This document shows, one piece after another, positions 11,750 to 23,280 of a stretch of DNA of 64,000 nucleotides; within the stretch, counting starts at the first letter, position 1; each line of letters begins with the position of its first letter. Made by a program: the position numbers and the translations under genes. The notes below the pieces were generated by a model. The model did not search any database. It saw nothing but the letters and a program-made list of their open reading frames with translations, and was not told where the DNA came from. Origin of the DNA: Felis catus (Eukaryota); the NCBI RefSeq assembly GCF_018350175.1, contig NC_058368.1:112966001-113030000 (forward strand). The letters are read 5' to 3'.

Positions 11750-12350
11750 GACAAGGTGGAAAATGAAACTGAGTTTGGGGATCATGAACTGGGATTTGTT
11801 CGCAAACCTAGTGCTAAGCTGTTTACTAGCCTACTGTTTACGTGCTTAGGCTGCGTAGGTCCACGCGCGCCGCGGGCGCGGGTGCGCAATGTGCGTGTGA
11901 AGTCGTCATCCTCTGACTCGCTGTGCACCTGCCAGGTCCAAGCCCCGGAGCTTAGTGTTAAGTAGCGATTCACAGTCACCTAAGTGTTTGCCAAATAAGC
12001 GAAAAGAGCGGAGCCACCGCCACGAATCTCTTGTGTGGGAAGTGAGACCGGATTCGCGGCTTGAAGAATGGAAGCTCAGATGATGTAAAGAAGCACAGGG
12101 TGAGGCCGGCAGGGGAAGAGTGTGAGCAAAAGCACCGGGGCTGGGAGGCTGAGGCAAGGGGTGGGCTTTGCAGCGATGTGCCTGTGCAGTGGGCCTCAGT
12201 CTTGGCCCCCTGGTCACTGCCTTGATACCTTCTTCGTAATCCCAGAGATTGATCTGGATGGAGGCAGATTGCAGTGTCACCCCTCCGGCGCCGGGGACCG
12301 AGGCTGAGTGCAGAGTACTCGAGATCCCCCGTCTCCACGTTGGCTCCGGG
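11750..12350 (+). promoter_or_regulatory. CpG-rich promoter-like region with ISRE, 2x FOX and C/EBP-like motifs
   Basis: Local CpG cluster (ccacgcgcgccgcgggcgcgggtgcgc) in a CpG-poor background. GAAAATGAAACT 11759-11770; TGTTTAC 11820 and 11835; TGCGCAAT 11883; donor CAGG|gtgagg at 12099. Confidence 0.6.
11950..12099 (+). ncRNA. Candidate first exon of a plus-strand spliced transcript (start approximate)
   Basis: Lies inside the CpG-rich region and ends at donor AGG|gtgagg; contains only a 6-codon ORF (MEAQMM*). Confidence 0.35.
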
Positions 12351-12399
12351 CCCAGCCACCTACAGGCTGTGGAACCAAGCATTCGCTTGCTCTCCACCA

Positions 12400-12540
12400 G
12401 CCTCCTTTCCTTTCTGTAAAATGAGGAAAATTCCTGACTCAGCCTCGAGGCGCAACTGTGAGGATTAAGGGAGGCAACACGTTGTGAAGTATTCCGTGCT
12501 GTGCCTGGTAACGACTTCATAAATTATTATTGTAACCATC
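12400..12540 (+). mobile_element. MIR fragment
   Basis: cctcctttcctttctgtaaaatgagg...tgtgaggattaa...gtgcctgg. Confidence 0.65.
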
Positions 12541-13361
12541 GCTCTTAACTGGCTGATAGGGCAACGGATGCTTAAAGAAGTTGAACAGTTGTGCAGAGTT
12601 ACACAAACTAGAGGCTGTGTTAGACTAGAACCCACAAGTCCCGAGAGCCAGCCAGATGCTTCACCTGCGGGGAGAAATGGAATTTGGGGTAAGGAAAAGG
12701 AGTTGCCTAATGTCTAGGAGTCGAGCTTTGGCTCCGCCCCTCAGGAAGGCCGTGACCAGGTAATTTCTGGAAACTCTCTGGGCTTCATTTCCTTACTGTC
12801 AAGTGGAGACTCTGTCACCTGCCTCATGGAATACCATTAGGATTCAGTGAGGTAACACATGGGCGGGCTCAGCGGGCAGCCAGGCACAAGGTAGTTGCTG
12901 GCCACGTGGACCACGTATTAGCCCAACTTGGACGAGAGCGCAGAACCTCTGCAGCCCCGGGTGTGGCATTTGTGTGAAAAATGGGTCTTAAACTTACCAC
13001 TTGATAGAAGGTTGCTTCATAGCCTAATTGGGGACAGAGGCCACAAAGGTGGCAAAACTCAGTGAGCTGATTCACTGCCTGAGAAGCCTTCAGCCTTGAG
13101 TATCCCCCTTAGAAGTGCCACCACGCAAACACCTGTTGCTTGAGACAGCAGAGCTTTCCTGAAGGACTCTGAAAGCTGCCCCTCACACCCACCAGAGGCT
13201 GCCTGTCCACCAGAACCCTCGGGGTTCGCACAGCAAAGCGGGAAGTCCCTGTCCCAGTATGCAGCTGCTCCATACTGCTCTGGGCATCTGCGATGATATC
13301 CATTCCCTCCGACCTTTTCATTTTTGTGATCCTGGGAAGAAGCCAAGTCAGCTCAACAACA

Positions 13362-13577
13362 TTTATGTTATTTATTTTAATTTTTTTAATGTTTACTTTT
13401 GAGTGAGAGAGAGAGAGAGAGGGAGGGGCAGAGAGAGACGAGACACAGAATCCCAAGCAGGCTCTGGGCTCTGAGCTGTCAGCACAGAGCCCGCCACGGG
13501 GCTCAAACTCGTGAACCTCAAGATCATGACCTGAGCCAAAGTCAGATGCTTAACCGACTGAGCCACCCAGGCGCCCC
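13362..13577 (-). mobile_element. Can-SINE
   Basis: Antisense full-length copy ending gccacccaggcgcccc. Confidence 0.93.
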
Positions 13578-14169
13578 CTCAACATTTGTTGAGCACGTTC
13601 TAGATACTGCACCTACGCAAATATCCTTTTCTCCCCAGCCAAGGACATGAGATATTGAGGTGTCATAGCCTCCTCAGGATCACCAGCCTGGATCATGAGG
13701 GATTGTTAACTATTTTATTAATAACAAACTGCTTTAAAAATACCTAAAATGTCCCAGGCAATGAGCTAAAATATTTTACTTAAAAGTGTTCTTTCAATTA
13801 ATCGTCCCAGCAGTCCGGTGAAGTAGGGCTTATTACTGTGGGTGAGGCTCAAAGGTGTCAAGTGCTTAAAGGCCATAGAGTTAGAAGGCGGTAGAACCGG
13901 GTGTGAATTCAGACTGTGGAGTCCACATGATTCACCAGATCGGAAAGGCTAGATAAGCCAGGTAACAACATGGGTGTTATGTGTCCCTTGGTCAGAACCT
14001 GGGTAACGCCAGGGCTAAAGTATCCGTGCCACATGGCTTTGTGGAATGGGGTCATGATAGGCAACAGAAGACAGGGAATCTGGGAGTGACAGCTTTTGTT
14101 CTGAAATGTTCCTTCAGGCCTCCAATCTCCTTCAAGCCCTAGCTGAGCCACCTCCCCAGCATGGCTGTA

Positions 14170-14720
14170 CCCAGACCAGGAGTTTGGGAATCAGGCAAAC
14201 CTTTATTCTGCTGCTTCCTGGCCCAGTGACCTTGGGCAGGTCCCTTAGCTTCTCTGAGCTTTGGTTTGGTTATCTGTGGAAGGGGATGAAACTATCTGAT
14301 CCTTGAAGTGCATCATAGAGGGCAAAATGAGTTTCACGGTGTGAAACTGGGTCCGCCACATAGTAAGGACTCAGTGAGAACCTACCAGACCATCCCTTCT
14401 CAATTCAAAGGGCTCTGGCTGGCCTCTGAGCCAAGACTTACAGTAATCGTTCACTTTTGCCTCTCTCCTGGGATTGGAGAGAAACCTAATACATTCATTT
14501 AATATGATAATGCTGACTCTGGTACCAGAATGCCCGAGTTCAAATCTTGTCTCCGTCACTTACTGCCACCGTGATCTTGAGCAAGTCACTTGAATTCTCT
14601 GAGCCTTGACATCCTTCTCTGTTCAAAGAAGACAGTAATGGTACCTCTGCTCTAGGGTTCCTATGGAAGCTAAATGAGATAATCCATTAAAAGCATGTAG
14701 AAAGCCCTTAATGTTAAACA
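14170..14720 (+). mobile_element. Two MIR fragments (~14170-14350 and ~14525-14720)
   Basis: gtgaccttgggcagg...ctctgagc; gttcaaatc...gtgatcttgagcaagtcactt. Confidence 0.65.
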
Positions 14721-14759
14721 TGAAAAAAAAAGGTGTAAACTCACATTTATGCAGCATCT

Positions 14760-14990
14760 TCCGTGTGTCAAGCTAATACTAGCTGCTGGGGTACTGTTGT
14801 TAGTGAGACTGATCTGGTCCCAGCCCCCATGGAAGTCACAGGGTCCAGTGAGAGAGACCCACAAGCTGATAAACCAAGAAATACATCTAACATTCCAAAT
14901 TGTAATACAGTCTGGGAAAGAAATGAACGTCATTTAGTGATAGGGAGTAACAGGTGAAACCTACTTTGTGAAGGTCAAGGAAAGTTGTGA
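14760..14990. mobile_element. L2 fragment
   Basis: gctggggtac...ggtcccagcccccatggaagtcacag...gtgagagagac. Confidence 0.55.
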
Positions 14991-14994
14991 AGTC

Positions 14995-15210
14995 TAGAAA
15001 ATTCTATAGTTCCCCTCTTGGAAATTTATCACACTCACTAACATATTAAAGACTGAGAAATCTTGAGTAACAGAGGAAAGAAGTCCATTTAAGTTTGTTT
15101 ATCCTAGGTTTTTCCAGATTGTTTTGACTGCACACTCTTTTTCCCTGTAGAAGACCTTTTAATCATCCTTTAAAATTAGTGTTCTGCTGAACACATTTCA
15201 GAGACCTGAA
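14995..15210. mobile_element. hAT-Charlie MITE (MER103C-like)
   Basis: acatattaaagactgagaaatc...gtttgtttatcctagg...tagtgttctgctgaacaca. Confidence 0.5.
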
Positions 15211-15449
15211 CTAAGCTAATACTTCTGTGTAATTAGCTCTTTTTGACAGCCCGAGGCAGGAATCTTCCACGTGGTTATTCTTCAGACTATAATGACAACA
15301 CTGTTAGTGAAAAATGTCTTACCAGGTGTCACATTCATCCTGTTTTTCTTCAGTGCTATTGATTTCTTCTCTCTCTTTGGATTTCTTTCTTGGGGTATTT
15401 GTTCCTGTCTCTTTGTTAGCAAACTAGTCTTCACTCGGTCTTTTTGCAG

Positions 15450-15488
15450 AGGGGTGAAAAAGTTGCTCTTCAAGGGGCGTGAACTCGG
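15450..15488 (+). ncRNA. Candidate internal exon (39 nt)
   Basis: Acceptor ttcactcggtctttttgcag| and donor CGG|gtgagt. Confidence 0.45.
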
Positions 15489-15592
15489 GTGAGTTATGTA
15501 GCAGGCATCACAGCATGGAGCCCTGACAGCATTTTCCTGGAGCCAGCTCGAGGCACCCGTACCTGTGTGGTGAGAGCAGATGTCCTGTTTAG

Positions 15593-15666
15593 AATTCACA
15601 AGTGACAGTGAGGTTGCCATGCCAGCTGGCAAAGAGTACTGGGCATTCCCTGATCGGCACCGACAG
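15593..15666 (+). ncRNA. Candidate internal exon (74 nt) containing GCCATG
   Basis: Acceptor tgtcctgtttag| and donor CAG|gtaaga; ATG 15619 reads MPAGKEYWAFPDRHRQ to the donor. Confidence 0.35.
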
Positions 15667-16117
15667 GTAAGAAGAACGAGAAAAAGAGCACAGAGCTGCA
15701 CACTGTGGTGTCACTCTTCAAAATAAATGGGGCTAATTCATTGCCACTACATGCCAGAGTAGATCATGGAGCAGGCAAAGGATGACCTTAGGGCACAAGA
15801 AAATGATCTTGTACACAAAATGTTTCACACTTCAAGCTTAAGAGAATGGCAGAACTTCTACCTGTTTGGGTCTACCATTGGAAGCACTTAATAAATGGCA
15901 AATATTTCCTGAAATTAAATTGCCAATCTTTCATGAACATGGGAATCAAATGGACTTGCGTTTGCAGACTGACTCCGGCACCACACTAGCTCTATGACCT
16001 TATTTACCCTTTTCAAGCTTCAGTTTCTTCATCCATAGAGATATTGCCACAAACCTCCTATGAGGATTATGTGGGAAGGTGGTAATAGTGCAGTAGCAGG
16101 CTGTTAGTGGGGTATTT

Positions 16118-16333
16118 AAAAAATTTTTTTTAATGTTTATTTATTTTTGAGAGAGACAGAGACAGAATGCAAGTGGGTTAGGGGCAGAGAGAGAGGGAGA
16201 CACGGAATCCGAAGCAGGCTCCAGGCTCCGAGCTGTCAGCACAGAGCCCGACGCGGGGCTCGAACTCACGAGCCGTGAGATCGTGACCTGAGCCGAAGTT
16301 GGACACTCAACCGACTGAGCCACCCAGGCGCCC
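16118..16333 (-). mobile_element. SINEC_Fc
   Basis: TSD gttagt(g/a)gggtattt. Confidence 0.95.
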
Positions 16334-16358
16334 AGTTAGTAGGGTATTTTAAAATGTA

Positions 16359-16505
16359 GGGGTGCCTGGGTGACTCAGTCACTTCATTTGACTCCAGCTC
16401 AGGTCATGGTCTCACGGTTCGTGAGTTCGAGCCCCACGTGGGGCTCTGCACTGAGAGCACAGAGCCTTCTTCGGATCATCTGTCCCCCTCTCTCTCTGCC
16501 CCTCC
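16359..16505 (+). mobile_element. Can-SINE, 3'-truncated (no A-tail)
   Basis: ggggtgcctgggtgactcagtc...ctctctctgcccctcc, then unique sequence. Confidence 0.88.
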
Positions 16506-16510
16506 GCCAG

Positions 16511-16585
16511 TGTGGAAGGGCTCCAGGGAACACTTTGGTTTCCTGATGCCATTGCTCAGAGCAAGACATGGCTCTGAAGTGCACG
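16511..16585 (+). ncRNA. Candidate exon (75 nt) using the SINE pyrimidine tract as acceptor
   Basis: ccctctctctctgcccctccgccag| ... ACG|gtaagt. Confidence 0.35.
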
Positions 16586-16989
16586 GTAAGTGCCAGCGAC
16601 CAGTCGTGTGACTGGCAATGATGATCTGTTCTGTGACCCTGGGAGCTATCTGGTTGACGGGAATGCTCCATCTTTTTCCTCCTGAAGATGCCAGGAAAAT
16701 TGGCACAAAGAACTGTACAGGACAGGGCTTAGAAAGACCACCTCATGGTATTTTCCGATTCTATGTCCTCATTTCCCCAGTAGGGAAACTGAGATATGGG
16801 AGAAAGATTGGCCCATTCAGTGGGTTGGTAGAAGCTAAGAAACTGAGTTCTTAATTGCTGTTTCTATTCTCCATAAGACTTAACACTACATGCCAGGACA
16901 AATAGCCTGGATAAGGAAAGCTTTCTTAACAGGCATTTACTCTGGGGACAACTAGTGTCTCACACCTGGCATAATGCACAGTGATAGGT

Positions 16990-17031
16990 GGTGTAGTTGA
17001 ACCCAAATATGGTGTAGTTGAACCCAAATAT
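16990..17031. repeat. Perfect 21-bp tandem duplication
   Basis: ggtgtagttgaacccaaatat x2. Confidence 0.95.
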
Positions 17032-17094
17032 TAAGAAGCCATCTAAGAGACATCTATTATTCTTCCCTTTTGCTCCTTCCTTTTTTTTTTTTTG

Positions 17095-17290
17095 TCTTTT
17101 GTTAACATGGTGATGGTATAGCAGCCATTTTGTGACCATGAGGATACCCTGAGGATGGGTCCAAGCAGCAAGGACACAGGACAGAAAAGTGGAAGGATGC
17201 TGAGTCATCAAAGGCATCATAGAGCCATCATAGCTGTCTGGACTATCCACTCTGGGCTTATCTGAACCAAGAAAAACTCTCCATTTTACA
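17095..17290. mobile_element. MLT1 (MaLR) LTR fragment
   Basis: gcagccattttgtgaccatgagg...ggaaggatgctgagtc...ctggact. Confidence 0.6.
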
Positions 17291-18017
17291 ATGTGTGGGA
17301 GAGTCCTCATGTGTTTGTATGTGCGCATCAGACAAGCTTGGCTTCAAATTCCAGCTCTACATGAGTTGAAACAACCTAATTAATTTTTCTTTTGAATTTA
17401 CATTTCTTTATAGTCCCATAAATAATAACTGCCACTAATTAGATACTCTGTTCCAGGAGTTGTGCTGCATACTTTATATGTATCATAGAACAGATGTTCC
17501 CAACATTGTCCAGATGAGAAAGCAGGCTGAAATTAACAAGTAATTTGCACCAGCAGGAATTCAGACCTAGGGTTGTCTGACTTTGGACACCTGAGCTTTT
17601 AAAACATGGGTATCCATTCAAGATGGATAAAATCATATGTATCTCATTGATTTGTTAGGATTATGTAAAACTGGGTGCCATGGCACATGGGGGGCACTTA
17701 TTAAATAGTAGCTCATATATTATTGCCTAGATAAAGTTGTCTTTTTTAGTTTTCACTTTATTTTTTGGTTTTGTTGGCTTGATTGATGAGACTTAACAAA
17801 AAAAGTCTGTGGACACAAAGGGAGCAATCCCAAGAGGTAAAGGAAAAGCATTAAGATGGAAGGGAATTTTTTTCTTCCTGTCAGTGACCAGTTCTTTATA
17901 GATAATTGGAAACTAGTACTTTCTACTGGATGTAGAGGCCATTCAGAATGGCTGGACTTGGAATAGCAGGAAATGTGTTCTGGGCCATATGTATTCGTAA
18001 CTCAGTGTGACGCTAGG

Positions 18018-19147
18018 CAAATCCCTTCCGTTTTCTGGATCCTGGGTCTCACCTCTATCTTTATAAGGAGATGGGTGAATTGGGTTATCTCTAGGGACTT
18101 TTTCAGTTGCTCTTCTGATAATTTGAAGCTCACACAGAATAGTCAGACCACACACTCCCCCCCCCCCCAATCTCAGTAGAATACTTATTTCAATCAAGTC
18201 TTCATGCAGCCATTTGTAGATACTATGTATTCATACTTTAGACATATGTTAATTTCAAGACTGTTACTCATGACATGTTAATTTTAGCATCGTATCACCA
18301 AAGCACTTTCGTGTAAGACATATGCTACCATTACTTCTAAAAATTCCTTGTAAGACATTAGAAGTAAGGAAAAGTTAGAGATAAAATCAAAGTGCCAATA
18401 ATCCTCAAATCTGACTTTCTTTCCAAATTACGTGCCGTTCAGGTTGCTATTGAAACTGAGTCTGTATTTCCTGTCTGACAGTAACAAAAGGTGCTTACAA
18501 GATTTCAGGATAAAGAGAGAGCAGCCCAAATTACATATGCATTCTTAGGCCATGAATCACTTGAGTGACCCTGGCAGCAATGCTGATAAAGGCAGCATTC
18601 TACACTTGCTCTGGCCCGTTTTACCTTGTGAGATCCCAAGGCTTATAAGCTGTTCAGCAATGGAAATAATAGAGATTCAGAGACAGCCTGTGGGAAGACA
18701 CCTCTCCAGGAGATCGTAAGGGCTTGCTGTTATCTTCTCGGCACCCAACCCTGTATGCCCATCTGCACCCAGAGGAGAGAATAAGAACCCTTGGTCAGGG
18801 AAATTTAGGGAAGAACTTCTTAATGACCAGCCATTTACAGGCAATGACCTTCTCATCATTGTAAGAAGGTAAGTTGAGGTCGGGTCACTTTGGTCACGAT
18901 GTCGAAAGGATCAAACGAGGTGGAAGGTTGCCCTTGATGAATGTCATCCTCCCTTCTCCAAGACTCTTGACTAGGAGTGCAGGCTTTGCGTTACTATTTG
19001 CATTACTATTAACTGTTAACTATTACTACAAAGCCCTTCCATTTTCCGGATCCTGGGTCTCTCATCTATCTATACAAGGAGATGGGTAAATTGGGTTATC
19101 TCTAGGGACTTCTTCAGTCGCTCCTCTGATAATTTCAAGCTCACACA
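18018..19147 (+). repeat. 119-bp direct repeat pair (18018-18136 and 19029-19147)
   Basis: Ungapped alignment by eye with 12 mismatches. Confidence 0.93.
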
Positions 19148-19149
19148 CT

Positions 19150-21230
19150 TGCATTACTATTACTATTAACTAAACTCCAGACTTGATTTGGATTTCCTTA
19201 GTTTTTCCATTAATAGTCTCTTTCTGTTACAGGATCAAATCCAATGAACCATGTCTCAATTAGTTACTACACCTCCTTAGTCTCCCGAAGTCAGTAGCAG
19301 TTTCTTAGTCTTTCCTTTTTCATGACTTTGATAGAGGATTATTAGCCAGGTATTCTGTAGAAGTCCCCCAGTCTGAGTTTTTCCTCATGTTTTTTGCACT
19401 ATTAGACACGCGTTTTGGGGGTTTTGAAAGAATGCACAGAAGTGAAGTCATGTCCTATCAGGAGACACGTGACATCCACATGACAACACTGGTGTGACAT
19501 TAACCTTCATCACTTGGTTGAGGTAGTATTTTCCAGGGCTCTCCACTGTCCTGTGACTGGTTTCCCCATTTCCTGTATTCTTTAGATATGAGTCACTAAG
19601 TTAGCCCACCCTCAGAGAGGGATGAGGCAGAAATTAAGAACTAAGTTCTGTAAATGGTATCTTTTGAAATTGTCTGTTTGAGCTATTTTTGCTGGTATTG
19701 ATTTTTGCCAAGTGACCTTGCCTAGTGACCTTACTGTTTCATTTATTAACCCTAGTAAATTTTTTATGGGTTATTCTGAAATTGCCATGCACAAAATCAC
19801 ATCCATTGTGGAAACGTGACAATTTTACTTCTTCCTGTCTAGTCCTTACGCATTTATGTTTTCATGCCTTATTACACAGGCTTTCAGTATAATGTAAAGT
19901 AGATGTTGCTATAGCAGTCATTTTCTCATTTTCAGTCTTAGAGGGCAAGTCTTCAGCATTTTACCACTAAGTATATAAATACCCCGTGTGATATTTAGAA
20001 AGCCCCCTTCTATTTCTAAGAGTTTTTATTATGAATGGATGTTGGATTTTAGTAAATCATTTACTGCATCCCTGAAAAATGATCATATGGTTTTTATTTT
20101 ATTTTGTGAAGGTGGCAAAATATACTGATCAATTACAGTGTTAAATTAACCTTGCCTTCCTAGAGTAAGTGGGTGATCAGGATATATTATCCTTTTTTGT
20201 GTATTACTGTATTAGAATGGTCAATATTTTGATTAGAACTTTTGCAGCTGTGTTAATGAATCATAGCCTCATTAAGTGAGGTGGGAAGTGCTTTCTTCAT
20301 TTTTTTTATCACCAGGAATTTTTCTAAAAACTGTATTCTTCCTTCTTAAATGTTTAGTAAAATTTACCTGAGGAACCACCTGAGTCTACATTTTGGTGGT
20401 GGGGTGCAGGCAAGTTTTTAATTATGAATTACATTTTGTTAATAGTTAGAGAGTCATTTATATTTCTACTTCTTCTGTCTATTTTGAAATTGTTTTATAG
20501 GAATTTGACTATTTCATCTAAACTTTCAAATGTATTTACATACATTTGTTTATGATATCCTTATCTTGTGGTGTTCCTTTTTTTCATTCCTGATGTCTGT
20601 TATTTGTGTCTGCTGTCCTATTTTTTTTTTATTTTTTTTTAATGTTTATTTTTGAGACAGAGAGAGACACAGCATGAGCAGGGAAGGGGCAGAGAGAGAG
20701 GGAGACACAGAATGTGAAACAGGCTCCAGGCTCTGAGCTGTCAGCACAGAGCCCGATGCGGGGCTCGAACTCATGAACCGTGAGATCATGACCTGACCCG
20801 AAGTCGGACGCTTAACCGACTGAGCCACCCAGGCGCCCCTGCTGTCCTATTTTTTTAACCTGATGTATCTTGTCCTGGTGTATCTAACTTATTAGTCTTT
20901 TTCTCTCTCTTTCATTGATTTCTGATCATCTATTTATTGTTTCCTTTTATTTTGGATTCAATTTACTTTTCTTTCTCTAGTTTTTTTGAGAATGCCTTTT
21001 GTTAATGTCTAAATCACTGATTTTGTACCTTTTAAAAAAAAACATTGTATTTCAGGCTATAAATGTCTGTCTGAGAACATCTTTAGCTTCATATTACAGT
21101 TACAATGTTTATCTTTGTTTATCATTTGTTTCAAATATTTTCCAATTTCTCTTGTAATTTCCTTATTGACCCATGGTTTGTATAGAACCATGTCTCTTAA
21201 TTTTGAAATGTAAGATGATCTTCTAGGACA
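19150..21230 (-). mobile_element. Old L1M (L1MC/ME-like) fragments, interrupted by a SINE
   Basis: actattaactaaactccagact... L1 3' motif followed by T-rich antisense ORF2-type sequence. Confidence 0.75.
20621..20839 (-). mobile_element. SINEC_Fc
   Basis: Perfect TSD tgctgtcctattttt. Confidence 0.95.
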
Positions 21231-21254
21231 CTAGAAGAGCAGGTGTGCATGCAT

Positions 21255-21255
<1 letters not shown>

Positions 21256-21287
<32 letters not shown>
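21256..21287. repeat. (CA)n microsatellite
   Basis: Direct observation. Confidence 0.95.
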
Positions 21288-21290
<3 letters not shown>

Positions 21291-22438
21291 CACATATTCT
21301 GGTTGTTCTCAGTGGTGATGTTTGTCTGAAATATTTAATCTCCCATCATCAGCAGCAGACCTCTTCTTCTTTATTTTTGGACCCTCAACAAAGTCTTACT
21401 TCTCCATGAAGCTTTTCGTTAATTATCCCCATACCATTCTCATCCCTCAACGTATCCAATCTGTTGCTGTACTTCTCAGTCGGCTCCTGTGTTTCTGACT
21501 GCTTCTTTCCTGCTTGCTCCCTCTCATCTCTCCTTCATCAAGGACATTGTATTATAATTTGTCTGTGCCTCACCCCAGCGCCTCACATAGAGAAGGAAAT
21601 GCCAGGAATGTTCTCCAATAGGCAGGTGAGCCTGCCACCGGTCACACCCCTTAGTGAGCACCGACCCCTCTCTGCTGGTACAGATGATGGACAGGAGCTG
21701 ACTTTAGTGGCTCGTTACCCCACCAAACGCACAGTCGCTCGCTCTCACAAGAATAGGGACGTTTGTTTTTCCACCTGACCTCTCTCCTTGCCTATCTGGT
21801 GCTCTGGCTTTGTTGTCTGAGATCAGAAGCACTGACTGCCACAGCAGCAAGATGAGTCTGAATCCAGCCCTGACCCTCCTGGAGCTCAGATGAGGCACCC
21901 TAAGGAGATTCCATCAGCTCAGACTCTTACCACAATTGTTTGGAGAAAAAATGAGGGTGCTTGGGAGTGATTTAATTATACGGATTGGAGTGACTTGCTC
22001 TGTTATTGATTTTTTATATTCAAGGAGTCTTTAAAGTGATTATTCTTGGAATGGGCAACCACCACCACATTGATTTCTGTGAAGTTGATGGTATCTGGAG
22101 AGGAGCCAATCCTGCTGGGCAGAATGCATTTGGAAGTGAAGTGACAGACTCTTTCTAATGAGGTTCTGAGAGGAGAACATTGAATATGGAGGAGCAAGCA
22201 GATTGCTTTAAACACAGCCAACACTTTCCACTTCCACTCTCCTCTCTCCTTCATGTGCAAATCCAGTATTATCCTTGGAAGCATTCACTTTCCCCCCACC
22301 CGCCCCAACCCTGGGGATTCTAGAGGCATCAGAACATTTTAATATAAAAGGTGATCGCTTGGTCATAGTACCATTTACATTTGGATTTATTTTTGCATGT
22401 GAAAAGAAATATGTGTATCAATAAAAAAAGGCAAACAC

Positions 22439-22664
22439 GGGGACGCCTGGGTGGCTCAGTCGGTTGAGCCTCTGACCTCGGCTCAGGTCACGATCTCACA
22501 GTTTGTGGGTTCAAGCCCCACGTTGGGCTCTGTGCTGACAGCTCGGAACCTGGAGGCTGCTTCAGATTCTGGGTCTCCCTCTCTCTCTCTCTCTCTCTCT
22601 GCCCTCTCCCGCTAATGCTGTCTCTCTCTGTCTCTCAAAAATACATAAACATTAAAAAAAAAAA
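22439..22664 (+). mobile_element. Can-SINE
   Basis: TSD aaaaaaaggcaaacac. Confidence 0.95.
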
Positions 22665-23019
22665 GGCAAACACAACTAGTGGTGATTATTTTCTGGTAGC
22701 AATAGCATGGATCATTATAATTTTTCACAATTACTTTTGTATTCAGAAATGTATTTTTATGGCCCCAAATTCATTTCAAGAAAGGACTATATCCTCTGAC
22801 CTAGTGTTGCACTTCCAGGAAGATATCCTAGGTTAATAACTTAAAACATGGAAAATATGCCTATGTATAAACATGATGATATATAACTAATTATTTGTAA
22901 ATGAGCTATACTTTTAAAAATAATATAAATATGCAATAATAAGGATATGTAGGATTAAATGTTGATACACTTGTATGCAATATAATGTAACTTTTAAGAA
23001 CATTTTTTTAAAAGTTCTA

Positions 23020-23227
23020 TTTTTTTATTATATTGAAGTATAATTAACATACAATGTTATATTAGTTTCATGTATGCAACATATCGATTCAATAATTCTG
23101 TACATTACTCATTCTCACCATGATAAATACAGTCACAGTTTGTCACCATACAATATTTTTACACTATTTTTTTTTTTTGAAAGAGAGTGCGAGTCAGTGC
23201 ATGCAAGCGGGGGAGGGGCAGAGGGAG

Positions 23228-23280
<53 letters not shown>

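Noticed and set aside
11906..12520. Longest ORF (204 aa, minus)
   Set aside because: Starts within a MIR and runs through GC-rich promoter DNA where stops are rare; no recognisable domain
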